A stretch of DNA of 64,000 nucleotides from Erysipelotrichaceae bacterium. Its GTDB lineage: Bacteria; Bacillota_I; Bacilli_A; Erysipelotrichales; Erysipelotrichaceae. Below are positions 10,075 to 18,430 of this stretch, in pieces. The notes below the pieces were generated by a model. It did no database searches. It was given only the letters and a program-made list of their open reading frames with translations, and had not been told where the DNA came from. Position 1 is the first letter of the stretch, and every line of letters starts with the position of its first letter. Where the stretch lies: positions 23,328 through 87,327 of the forward strand of contig JAVWHP010000006.1 in NCBI GenBank assembly GCA_036639955.1. Reading direction: 5' to 3'. The position numbers and the translations under genes were made by a program.

Positions 10075-10120
10075 TACACCAATACGCATTTTTTTTATAA
10101 AAAGAATGCGTATTGGTGTA
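10075..10120. repeat. 46-bp near-perfect palindrome at the AI-2E transporter promoter
   Basis: TACACCAATACGCATT (10075-10090) is the exact reverse complement of 10105-10120. The 14-nt T/A loop is itself partly self-complementary. A minus-strand TATAAT (10071-10076) overlaps one arm. Confidence 0.6.
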
Positions 10121-10155
10121 TAAACAAAGGCTTTTTAATCATAAATAACGTTATT

Positions 10156-10291
10156 TTTGTAAGTTTAAATAAACTAACAAATGTTTGCAGTGAATTATTC
10201 TATCCACTTAGTCTACTTTGCAAAAAAATTTTATGTCTTAATAATATAATTCTTTTAGAGTATGGTTTGTTAGTTTATTTAAACTTACAAA
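10156..10291. repeat. 136-bp unit bounded by perfect 26-bp inverted repeats (palindromic repeat family)
   Basis: TTTGTAAGTTTAAATAAACTAACAAA (10156-10181) is the exact reverse complement of 10266-10291. Each arm is itself a hairpin, and a 25/26-identical copy lies at 62365-62390. Confidence 0.7.
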
Positions 10292-10480
10292 CTTCTTTCA
10301 TAATCACATACTATCTTTTTTATTGAGAACTTATTTTATTCTTTAACAATAATAATAACGCGCCTTTAAAGGCTTTCAGCCATTTTTTCTATATTTTTCT
10401 TGTCTATCTCCCTCACAAAAATAAAAAACCCCTTGCTTGAACCCATATATATGTTATTATTAAATAAGGAGTGATGTATA

Positions 10481-11134
10481 ATGCTTTATATTGTTGGATT
10501 AGGAGCAAGTGATGAATTATCACTTACATTAGGAACAATTAAATGTTTAAATAGTGGATTACCTTTATATTTAAGAACTGATCATCATCCAATGATTAAT
10601 TATCTTAAAGATAATAATATAAGCTATGAAAGCTTTGATGATACATATGAAACAAACGATTCATTTGAAGCAGTTTACGATTATATTATAAAAACATTAA
10701 AGGAATTAAGTAATGATAATGATATAATTTATGCAGTACCAGGACATCCATGTGTCGCCGAATACGCAGTTAAAGTTTTAATGAAAGAATGCAAATGCGC
10801 AATAGTTGGAGGTCAAAGTTTTCTCGACCCAATGTTTGCTGCACTAGAAATTGATCCAATCGATGGCTTAATGATACTAGACGCTCTAGCATTTGATTAT
10901 AAAACAGTAGTACCAAGTCTACATCTAATCATACCTCAAGTTTATGATCAAATAAGTGCATCAAATCTTAAATTAGATTTGATGGAGGTTTACCCTGATG
11001 AGCACCGAGTATGTTTAGTTGAAGCTGCTGGTAGTATTGATCAAAAATTAACATGGTGCATGCTTTATGAGATAGATCAAAATTTTGAATTAAATAATCT
11101 TACAACTTTATATGTAACACCTTTAACAGTGTAG
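10481..11134 (+). CDS. Tetrapyrrole-methylase-fold SAM methyltransferase (YabN N-terminal-domain-like, no MazG domain)
   Basis: MLYIVGLGASDE...LYLRTDHHP...AVPGHP pattern; 217 aa; SD AAGGAG upstream. Confidence 0.65.
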   Translation: MLYIVGLGASDELSLTLGTIKCLNSGLPLYLRTDHHPMINYLKDNNISYESFDDTYETNDSFEAVYDYIIKTLKELSNDNDIIYAVPGHPCVAEYAVKVLMKECKCAIVGGQSFLDPMFAALEIDPIDGLMILDALAFDYKTVVPSLHLIIPQVYDQISASNLKLDLMEVYPDEHRVCLVEAAGSIDQKLTWCMLYEIDQNFELNNLTTLYVTPLTV

Positions 11135-11154
11135 CTATTGCTACACTGTTTTTT
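11126..11154 (+). terminator. Terminator after the methylase gene
   Basis: ACAGTGTAGC-tatt-GCTACACTGT hairpin followed by TTTTT. The stop codon lies in the 5' arm. Confidence 0.7.
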
Positions 11155-12319
11155 AAAGGCTATTAGTGAAGATATCAATTACAGCTTGTTTATCTAGAGG
11201 CTTGAAACCACGGATAACAGTATCCTTACAAGCCTTATTAGCCATAGCAGAGAAATTTGTATCATCAATATTAATAGCACTTAAACTATTAGGTAAATCT
11301 AAAGTATTAGTAAAAAAATCAGCTAATAACTTTATAGCTTTATTAGCTATCAGCATTGGATCTTGTTCAGGCGATAAATTGAATACATTAGTACCAAACT
11401 GCACATATTTAGAAACAGTAGAATCATCAAGACAATACTCTAACCAGTGAGGAGTAAGGATTGCTAAACCTAGGCCATGCGTAATATCATAGAATGCTGA
11501 TAGTGCATGTTCCATTGGATGAGTGCTCCAACGTAAATTCTTACCACCGGCAACTAGACCATTAATAGCAAGAGTACTAGTCCACATTAAATTAGCTCTA
11601 GCTTCATAATTAGTAGGATCATTAATGGCTATTGGTGCATATTTGATAACTGTCTTTAACATACCTTCGATAAAGGAATCTAAAAGGAAAAGATCAGGTT
11701 CCATATTAAAATACACTTCAAGCAAATGTGAAATTATGTCAGCACTGCCACAGGCAGTTTGATAAGGCCCTACTGTATAAGTATTAGCAGGATCTAAGAA
11801 AGAAACTTTAGGAAGTAACGCATTAGCTTTTCTTCCTAATTTATCATTAGTAAGTAAATTAGTTATTACACCAGCATTATTCATTTCAGATCCAGTAGCG
11901 GCCATAGTTAAAACACTAATTAATGGCAACGCATTAACTAAAGGTGCATTCTCACTAAAAAACTTCCAAGCATCAAATTCTACACAAGCACCTGCTGCTA
12001 TAAATTTAGCAGCATCTATTACAGAGCCACCACCAATTGCTAGCACTACTTCTATGTTATTAGCCTTACATAAACTAATACCCTTACGTACGCTTTCTAT
12101 ACGAGGATTAGGTAGAATACCACTTAACTCAAATACATTTAAATTAGCAATAGCTAGTTCATCTATAATTCTAGAATATAAACCATTAGCTTTAATAGAA
12201 TTAGTACCATATACTAATAAAACATTAGTACCATACGCAATAAGTTCACTACCTAAATGATGAAGTTGATTTTGACCAAAATATACTTTAGTAGGAATAT
12301 CATATATAAAATTATTCAT
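11153..12319 (-). CDS. Iron-containing alcohol dehydrogenase (butanol DH / YqhD-like)
   Basis: 388 aa with GGGSVIDAAK and the metal-binding His pattern of the Fe-ADH family. Confidence 0.85.
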   Translation of the reverse strand: MNNFIYDIPTKVYFGQNQLHHLGSELIAYGTNVLLVYGTNSIKANGLYSRIIDELAIANLNVFELSGILPNPRIESVRKGISLCKANNIEVVLAIGGGSVIDAAKFIAAGACVEFDAWKFFSENAPLVNALPLISVLTMAATGSEMNNAGVITNLLTNDKLGRKANALLPKVSFLDPANTYTVGPYQTACGSADIISHLLEVYFNMEPDLFLLDSFIEGMLKTVIKYAPIAINDPTNYEARANLMWTSTLAINGLVAGGKNLRWSTHPMEHALSAFYDITHGLGLAILTPHWLEYCLDDSTVSKYVQFGTNVFNLSPEQDPMLIANKAIKLLADFFTNTLDLPNSLSAINIDDTNFSAMANKACKDTVIRGFKPLDKQAVIDIFTNSL

Positions 12320-12354
12320 ATGTTTCCCTCCTTTTGTTAATTATAGCATAAACA

Positions 12355-12386
12355 TAAAAAAAGTTAGACATAAATATGTCTAACTA
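12355..12386 (-). terminator. Terminator of the 7-tRNA operon
   Basis: GTTAGACAT-aaat-ATGTCTAAC hairpin; a plus-strand A-run gives a U-run on the minus transcript. Confidence 0.75.
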
Positions 12387-12396
12387 ACTTTTTACA

Positions 12397-12472
12397 TGGT
12401 GGTTCCAGTTGGAATTGAACCAACGACACATGGATTTTCAATCCATTGCTCTACCGACTGAGCTATGGAACC
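12397..12472 (-). tRNA. tRNA-Phe (GAA), CCA encoded
   Basis: Reverse complement GGTTCCATAGCTCAGTCGGTAGAGCAATGGATTGAAAATCCAT...TGGAACCACCA. Cloverleaf folded by hand; anticodon loop TTGAAAA. Confidence 0.9.
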
Positions 12473-12475
12473 ACT

Positions 12476-12552
<77 letters not shown>

Positions 12553-12577
12553 ATAAGTAATAATATAAAATTTAAAT

Positions 12578-12668
12578 TGGCGGAGGAACTGGGATTCGAA
12601 CCCAGGCGCCGCATTCACGACCTACCGGTTTTCAAGACCGGACCCTTCAACCACTTGGGTATTCCTCC
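12578..12668 (-). tRNA. tRNA-Ser (UGA), long variable arm
   Basis: GGAGGAATACCCAAGTGGTTGAAGGGTCCGGTCTTGAAAACCGG...CCTCCGCCA; 91 nt. Confidence 0.9.
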
Positions 12669-12679
12669 AATAAAAATTT

Positions 12680-12756
12680 TGGTGGACCCTGTAGGACTCG
12701 AACCTACGACCCACCGGTTATGAGCCGGATGCTCTAACCAACTGAGCTAAGGGTCC
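12680..12756 (-). tRNA. tRNA with CAU anticodon, probably tRNA-Ile2 (lysidine-modified)
   Basis: GGACCCTTAGCTCAGTTGGTTAGAGCATCCGGCTCATAACCGG... The body resembles Bacillus tRNA-Ile(CAU) as I remember it, and its position matches Ile in the Mollicutes-type cluster order. Confidence 0.7.
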
Positions 12757-12786
12757 AAGAATAAATTTTATAATTTAAAATAATAA

Positions 12787-12863
12787 TGGTGGCGGGGGTG
12801 GGACTCGAACCCACGACCTTCCGGGTATGAACCGGATGCTCTAGCCAACTAAGCTACCCAGCC
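12787..12863 (-). tRNA. Elongator tRNA-Met (CAU)
   Basis: GGCTGGGTAGCTTAGTTGGCTAGAGCATCCGGTTCATACCCGG...CCGCCACCA. Confidence 0.8.
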
Positions 12864-12878
12864 ATAATTTTAAAAAAT

Positions 12879-12955
12879 TGGTCGGGATGACAGGATTTGA
12901 ACCTGCGACCCCTTGGTCCCAAACCAAGTGCACTACCAAGCTGTGCTACATCCCG
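12879..12955 (-). tRNA. tRNA-Pro (UGG)
   Basis: CGGGATGTAGCACAGCTTGGTAGTGCACTTGGTTTGGGACCAAG...TCCCGACCA. Confidence 0.9.
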
Positions 12956-12986
12956 AGAAATAAAAATCAATCAATTTTTTAATATA

Positions 12987-13063
12987 TGGTGCGCCCTGCA
13001 GAAATCGAATCCACAACCTTTTGATCCGTAGTCAAACGCTCTATCCAGTTGAGCTAAGGGCGC
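12987..13063 (-). tRNA. tRNA-Arg (ACG)
   Basis: GCGCCCTTAGCTCAACTGGATAGAGCGTTTGACTACGGATCAAA...GGGCGCACCA. Confidence 0.9.
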
Positions 13064-13099
13064 GCATGTGTTTGCGTTGCTTCTTATCAGCGCCTATTA

Positions 13100-13128
13100 A
13101 TAATACCAAATTTCAAACCTAATTGCAA
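13100..13128 (-). promoter_or_regulatory. Promoter of the 7-tRNA operon
   Basis: The minus strand reads TTGCAA, a 17-nt spacer, then TATTAT, with an A/T-rich UP-like tract upstream. It lies about 30 nt ahead of tRNA-Arg. Confidence 0.6.
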
Positions 13129-13164
13129 CACTTTTTTTTATTTTTTTTACTAATTTTATAATAA

Positions 13165-13200
13165 AGAAAAGGTTGCTAATTTTTAGTTAGCAGCCTTTTC
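13165..13200 (-). terminator. Probable terminator of the V-ATPase operon
   Basis: On the minus transcript: AAAAGGCTGCTA...TAGCAACCTTTT (one A-C mismatch) followed by CTTTATT. It overlaps the ntpD stop codon. Confidence 0.5.
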
Positions 13201-13812
13201 TTTATCCTTATTATTTTTAATAACTTTTTGTCTAGAAAACTCTTCTCTTTCTTTCTCTTCTAAAGCCTCTGCAATAAATTTAACTGTCGCTTCATAATCA
13301 GGTAAAACAATGTTCTTTAAAGCATTAGCGCGCTTCTGTGTCTTTTGAATAGCATTAGCTAATCTATATACACTATTCTCTACTTCTGCTAACATTATAG
13401 TAATTTCTTTTACTTTCTGAAAGCATTGATATGCATAATCGACATTAGAATCCGTACTATATAAACCATAACACATTTCATTTATACCTTGTGTATATGA
13501 AATTTTAGGTATATCTACTCCCATAACACTTTTTGAACTAACTTCTATTCCACTATCAATAGGAACTGATTTAACTAATTCAGCTATACTACCATTAGTT
13601 ATATTAGCTCTTTTTAATGCATCATAAGCATCTTGATAAGTTTTAGTTATATCATCACGTAGAATTTTAACCTTATCTAATAATTGCATCATCTCACGAA
13701 TAAGTATATTTCGTTTACGATCTAAAAGATCATAACCTACTGCTGCTAATTCATATGACTTTTTAGTTGCAATTAAATTACCCTTTGTTGGGAATACCTG
13801 CTTATTAGCCAT
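13183..13812 (-). CDS. ntpD: V/A-type ATPase subunit D (central stalk)
   Basis: 209 aa; MANKQVFPTKGNL...LLDRKRNILIRE is the typical subunit D N-terminus. Confidence 0.9.
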   Translation of the reverse strand: MANKQVFPTKGNLIATKKSYELAAVGYDLLDRKRNILIREMMQLLDKVKILRDDITKTYQDAYDALKRANITNGSIAELVKSVPIDSGIEVSSKSVMGVDIPKISYTQGINEMCYGLYSTDSNVDYAYQCFQKVKEITIMLAEVENSVYRLANAIQKTQKRANALKNIVLPDYEATVKFIAEALEEKEREEFSRQKVIKNNKDKEKAAN

Positions 13813-13814
13813 AA

Positions 13815-15260
13815 TTATTTACCTATTTCTTTTTCTAATTCTTTTATAAATACTTTAGGTTTTATATTAAATCGTTTTGTTGCTCTTATATGATCATAGT
13901 GTTCATTCACTATAGTATCATCTACACGATCTAGTTCCTCTTTAGGTAATACTGATAATAAGTCCCATCCTAAATCTAGGGTTTCATCAATACTTCGATT
14001 AGTATCAAAACCTTGTGATATAAAGTGTTCTTCAAATAATTTACCAAACTCCATATATTGTTTATCAATTGGAGACAGTTCATCCTCACCGATTACACTA
14101 GCTAAACTTCTTGCATCTTGTACTGCAGCATAGCAAGCAAATAATTGATTACTTACTGCTGAATGATCTGATCTTGTATATCCTTCACCTATTCCATCTT
14201 TCATTAAACGAGATAATGAAGGTAATACCCCTACCGGTGGATAGACTCCCATTTGATTTAAATTACGATCTAATACGATTTGCCCTTCTGTTATATAACC
14301 AGTTAGATCTGGTACTGGATGTGTAATATCATCATTAGGCATAGTTAAGATAGGAATCTGTGTTAATGATCCTTTACTTCCTTTTACTATACCTGCTCTT
14401 TCATATAATGATGCTAAATCAGAGTATAAGTATCCTGGGTATCCTTTTCGTCCTGGTATTTCTCCTTTTGAACTAGAGAACTCTCTTAACGCTTCACAAT
14501 AAGATGTCATATCGCTCAATATTACCAAGATGTGCATATCACATTCAAATGCTAAGTATTCAGCCGTTGTTAATGCACATCTTGGTGTCAATGTTCTTTC
14601 TATAATTGGATCATTACTTAAGTTAATAAACATTACTACTCTTTCATTAACTCCTGCCTCTTTAAAAGATCTTTTAAAGTAATCAGCAACGTCGTTTTTA
14701 ACTCCCATTGCAGCAAATACTACTCCAAAGCCTTTTCCTTCATCATCAGCTATTTTAGCTTGTTTTACTAATTGTGCTGCTAACTCATTATGTGGCATTC
14801 CACTTCCTGAAAATATAGGTAACTTTTGCCCTCTTATTAATGTTGTTAGTGCGTCAATACTAGATATTCCTGTATTAATATAATTACGCGGATATACTCT
14901 AGATACGGGGTTTAATGGTTGGCCATTAACATCGGCTCTTTTTTGAGCAAATACTTCACCCATGCCATCAATCGGAGTTCCAGCTCCATTAAAAATTCTT
15001 CCTAGAACCTCTTTTGATAGTGGCATTTCCATTGGCTTACCTAATAACTTTATCTTAGTATTCTTTAATGATACATCATTAGTACCTTCAAATACTTGAA
15101 TAACAGCTCTTTTACCAGCAATTTGGACAACACGTCCAAGACGTGTAGAACCATCTTGCATTGATATTTCTACCATTTCTTCATTACTTACTTCGCTCAC
15201 ATCATCTAAAAAGACTAGTGGACCATTAATTTCGCTCAGACCTACATACTGAATACTCAT
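13815..15260 (-). CDS. ntpB: V/A-type ATPase subunit B
   Basis: 481 aa with the non-catalytic B-subunit pattern ([20 protein letters not shown]). Confidence 0.93.
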   Translation of the reverse strand: MSIQYVGLSEINGPLVFLDDVSEVSNEEMVEISMQDGSTRLGRVVQIAGKRAVIQVFEGTNDVSLKNTKIKLLGKPMEMPLSKEVLGRIFNGAGTPIDGMGEVFAQKRADVNGQPLNPVSRVYPRNYINTGISSIDALTTLIRGQKLPIFSGSGMPHNELAAQLVKQAKIADDEGKGFGVVFAAMGVKNDVADYFKRSFKEAGVNERVVMFINLSNDPIIERTLTPRCALTTAEYLAFECDMHILVILSDMTSYCEALREFSSSKGEIPGRKGYPGYLYSDLASLYERAGIVKGSKGSLTQIPILTMPNDDITHPVPDLTGYITEGQIVLDRNLNQMGVYPPVGVLPSLSRLMKDGIGEGYTRSDHSAVSNQLFACYAAVQDARSLASVIGEDELSPIDKQYMEFGKLFEEHFISQGFDTNRSIDETLDLGWDLLSVLPKEELDRVDDTIVNEHYDHIRATKRFNIKPKVFIKELEKEIGK

Positions 15261-15275
15261 TGCAATTCCACCTTT

Positions 15276-17027
15276 CTATTTAATATTAGCGATTGCTTCG
15301 TCAATCATGGTGTAGTAGTTATCAAATTGTTCTAATTTATTGTTCGCTACATCATATTTCATTTTAGTTACTTTATCAAAGACTCCTGCTTTTAATACAC
15401 TAGTTAATGATACATTCTTAGCTACTAATTCTTTACATTTCTTATATAAATATAGGATAACATCCATCATTTTAAGTTGTTTTTCTAAAGGTACATATGT
15501 GTCTTCTGGATGGAAGGCATTTTGTTGAAGAAATCCTACTCTTATTACTTTAGCAATCTCGATTACAAGTTTTTGATCATCTGGCAATACATCACTACCT
15601 ATAAGTTTAACTATTTCCATAAGTTTAGTTTCTTCAGCTAATAGTGCTGCTATTTTACGTCTATCACTTACAAAAGTTATACCTATATTCTTGTTATACC
15701 ATTTTTCTAAATCATTTACATATTCAGAATAACTTTGGTTCCAGTTAATTGCTGAATAATGTCTTGCGTACGCTAAGGCTTTATCTAAAGCCCAAAAGCA
15801 TCTAACAAATCTTTTAGTATTTTGTGTTACTGGTTCTGAGAAATCAGCACCTTGGGGTGATACTGCACCAATAATAGTTACAGATCCTACATTACCACTT
15901 AATACGTCCATGTAACCAGCTCTTTCATAGAAAGCTGATATTCTGGATGGTAAATATGCAGGAAATCCTTCTTCTGCAGGCATTTCTTCTAATCTTCCAC
16001 TTATTTCTCTTAATGCTTCTGCCCATCTTGAAGTTGAATCTGCCATTATAGCTACATGATATCCCATATCTCTATAATATTCAGCTAATGTTATACCTGT
16101 ATATATACTAGCTTCACGTGCTGCAACTGGCATATTTGAAGTATTAGCAATTAATACAGTTCGATCTGTTAACGGTTTTTGTGACTTAGGATCTATTAAT
16201 TCACTGAATTCTTCTAATACCTGAGTCATTTCATTACCACGTTCTCCACATCCAACATAAACAATTATATCAGCATCACACCATTTAGCTAACTGGTGTT
16301 GTGTCATCGTTTTACCGGTTCCAAATCCTCCAGGTACAGCAGCTGTTCCACCCTTAGCTATCGGAAACAAAGTATCTATTACTCTTTGTCCTGTAATCAA
16401 TGGTACTGATATTTCTCTTCTTGCTTTTACCGGTCTTTCTTTTTTAATTGGCCATTTTTGCATCAAAGTTAATTCATGTATATTACCATAGCTATCTCTT
16501 AATTTAGCTACTACATCTTTCATCTTGTATTGTCCATTATTAGCTACTTCAATAATTTCTCCACTAATATTTGGTTGCACCATACAACGATGTTCAATTA
16601 AATCCGTTTCAGGAATAGTTGCATAAATTTGACCACCATCAACCATATCCCCTACTTTAACTACTAATGTAACATCCCATAGTTTTTCCATATCTAATGA
16701 ATCTACATTACTACCAGTGGCTATAAAACTTCCTGATTGTTCAGCAATAGCTTTAAGTGGTCTTTCTATACCATCAAATATATTTCTTAAAATACCAGGT
16801 CCTAGTGTAACACTAATTGGAGCACCAGTACCATATACCGGTTCTCCTGGTTTTAATCCAGTTGTTGATTCATATACTTGTATAATTGTTGCTTCTTTTT
16901 TAATTGATATTACTTCACCAATTAGTTTCTTATTACCAACATAAACCATTTCTAACATAGCAAATGAATCTGCATTAGCTACACTTACTACTGGTCCATT
17001 TATTGAATATATAACGTTCTTATTCAT
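15276..17027 (-). CDS. ntpA: V/A-type ATPase catalytic subunit A
   Basis: Walker A GPFGSGKT variant (GGFGTGKTMTQ) and the non-homologous insert typical of A subunits. The ATG at 17027 follows AGAGGTG; the track starts 3 codons earlier at GTG. Confidence 0.93.
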   Translation of the reverse strand: MNKNVIYSINGPVVSVANADSFAMLEMVYVGNKKLIGEVISIKKEATIIQVYESTTGLKPGEPVYGTGAPISVTLGPGILRNIFDGIERPLKAIAEQSGSFIATGSNVDSLDMEKLWDVTLVVKVGDMVDGGQIYATIPETDLIEHRCMVQPNISGEIIEVANNGQYKMKDVVAKLRDSYGNIHELTLMQKWPIKKERPVKARREISVPLITGQRVIDTLFPIAKGGTAAVPGGFGTGKTMTQHQLAKWCDADIIVYVGCGERGNEMTQVLEEFSELIDPKSQKPLTDRTVLIANTSNMPVAAREASIYTGITLAEYYRDMGYHVAIMADSTSRWAEALREISGRLEEMPAEEGFPAYLPSRISAFYERAGYMDVLSGNVGSVTIIGAVSPQGADFSEPVTQNTKRFVRCFWALDKALAYARHYSAINWNQSYSEYVNDLEKWYNKNIGITFVSDRRKIAALLAEETKLMEIVKLIGSDVLPDDQKLVIEIAKVIRVGFLQQNAFHPEDTYVPLEKQLKMMDVILYLYKKCKELVAKNVSLTSVLKAGVFDKVTKMKYDVANNKLEQFDNYYTMIDEAIANIK

Positions 17028-17049
17028 GTGTTTCACCTCTTATCTAGTA

Positions 17050-17640
17050 CTATTTAATATTTAATTTAGCATTATTATAGAACCAATCTTTTTGTTCATT
17101 CAATAATGTATCTAATGTTTCATCTATAATAATTCCTGTATTAGTTATGATTTTAAATCCACCTATAACAATATCTTCATCTTCTTTAAAATTAGCTTCT
17201 CCATAAGTTTCAATAGCTAATTCTTTATAGTTGCTATCTTTCATTAAAATAATTACATCTTTAAAACCATACTCTTTTTTAGCTTTACTAATCTTTTTAA
17301 CTACAAATTCCTTATAGTCTTTACTAGCAACAAATTCAACTAATTTATCTTTAGTTTCTTTAAAGACACTATTTACGAGTTTTTCTCTTTCTCCTATAAT
17401 GTCCTTTTTCATTTTTGTACTTATTGCCGCTTTCTTTATTGCTGCATTGCTTTTTGCTTCTTTTATTTCACTTAAAACAACTAGTTTAGCATTATTTTTA
17501 GCTTCTTCTTCTATTTCAATTAGCGCTTCTTCTTTTAATGATTCGCTTTCTTTTAAAATAGTATGGGCTTCTTTTAATGCTAAATCATTCATTTCAGCTT
17601 CAATATAATTCACTAAATCTTGCTTAGTATTAATTTCCAT
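17050..17640 (-). CDS. ntpE: V/A-type ATPase subunit E (peripheral stalk)
   Basis: Coiled-coil N-terminus plus a globular C-terminus. The start was moved to MEINTKQ, which follows GAGGTG; the track's longer start overlaps subunit F. Confidence 0.75.
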   Translation of the reverse strand: MEINTKQDLVNYIEAEMNDLALKEAHTILKESESLKEEALIEIEEEAKNNAKLVVLSEIKEAKSNAAIKKAAISTKMKKDIIGEREKLVNSVFKETKDKLVEFVASKDYKEFVVKKISKAKKEYGFKDVIILMKDSNYKELAIETYGEANFKEDEDIVIGGFKIITNTGIIIDETLDTLLNEQKDWFYNNAKLNIK

Positions 17641-17650
17641 CTTAATCACC

Positions 17651-17959
17651 TCAGAGTTTGACTCCGATTGCACTTGATACATAACCGTCTATAGTTTCAC
17701 CAATAGTGGCGTTACCATGTCGATCTGGTATTTCTACAATCAAAGGTCTTTTTTGTTTTAATTTTAAATCCGAGATAACATCAGGGCATAGGTTTATTAA
17801 CTTAGTTGTCATTAATATAATTGCTATATCTTCTACATGCATTGCTTTCTCTAGTTCTACTAATACTTCATGTCTTTCATGAACTATAGTACTTTCTATT
17901 CCAGCTAATCTAAGTCCCATTGCTGTATCTGCATTATCTGAGATTAAGAAAAATTTCAT
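17651..17959 (-). CDS. V/A-type ATPase subunit F
   Basis: 102 aa; MKFFLISDNADTAMGLRLAGI is the typical subunit F N-terminus. Confidence 0.85.
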   Translation of the reverse strand: MKFFLISDNADTAMGLRLAGIESTIVHERHEVLVELEKAMHVEDIAIILMTTKLINLCPDVISDLKLKQKRPLIVEIPDRHGNATIGETIDGYVSSAIGVKL

Positions 17960-17971
17960 TTTTTATGCCTC

Positions 17972-18415
17972 TTACAACTTAATGATAATTAATATTGAAA
18001 TAATTAAACCATATATAGCTACACCTTCTCCAAGTGCTACAAATATTAATGATTTACCAAAGTTCTTAGCATTTTCAGAGAAAGCTCCAATTGCTGCTGG
18101 TGCAGCTGCTGCTACAGCAATACCTGCTCCTAATGCTGACATTCCTGTAGCTAATGCTGCTGCTAGGAATCCTAAACCTTGTGCTAATGTTCCTGCTATT
18201 TGATTTACTACTGGTGCTTCTGCCGCATTTGCTGTATATCCTCCAATTTGGAATACTACAGTGCCTACTAAAAGCATAGCAAATAAACAAACATGACTAA
18301 TCATTCTTCTTTTTGCTGATTTAACGCTTGTGTTACCTTTAAATACACTAATTAATGGTAATGAGATTAATACAATAATTGCTGCTGGTATAAATAATTC
18401 TAATGCTGTTAACAT
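17972..18415 (-). CDS. ntpK: V/A-type ATPase proteolipid subunit K/c with N-terminal hydrophobic extension
   Basis: The C-terminal hairpin GLGFLAAALATGMSALGAGIAV...LIFVALGEGVAIYGL carries the conserved Glu. The N-terminal ~70 aa contain two extra hydrophobic segments. Confidence 0.85.
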   Translation of the reverse strand: MLTALELFIPAAIIVLISLPLISVFKGNTSVKSAKRRMISHVCLFAMLLVGTVVFQIGGYTANAAEAPVVNQIAGTLAQGLGFLAAALATGMSALGAGIAVAAAAPAAIGAFSENAKNFGKSLIFVALGEGVAIYGLIISILIIIKL

Positions 18416-18430
18416 AATATGTTCCTCCTG

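Noticed and set aside
10181-10249. 22-codon hydrophobic ORF (MFAVNYSIHLVYFAKKFYVLII) between the 26-bp inverted repeats as a type I toxin
   Set aside because: It has no SD, no recognisable promoter or antisense RNA arrangement, and is very short. It is kept only as a note in the repeat finding.
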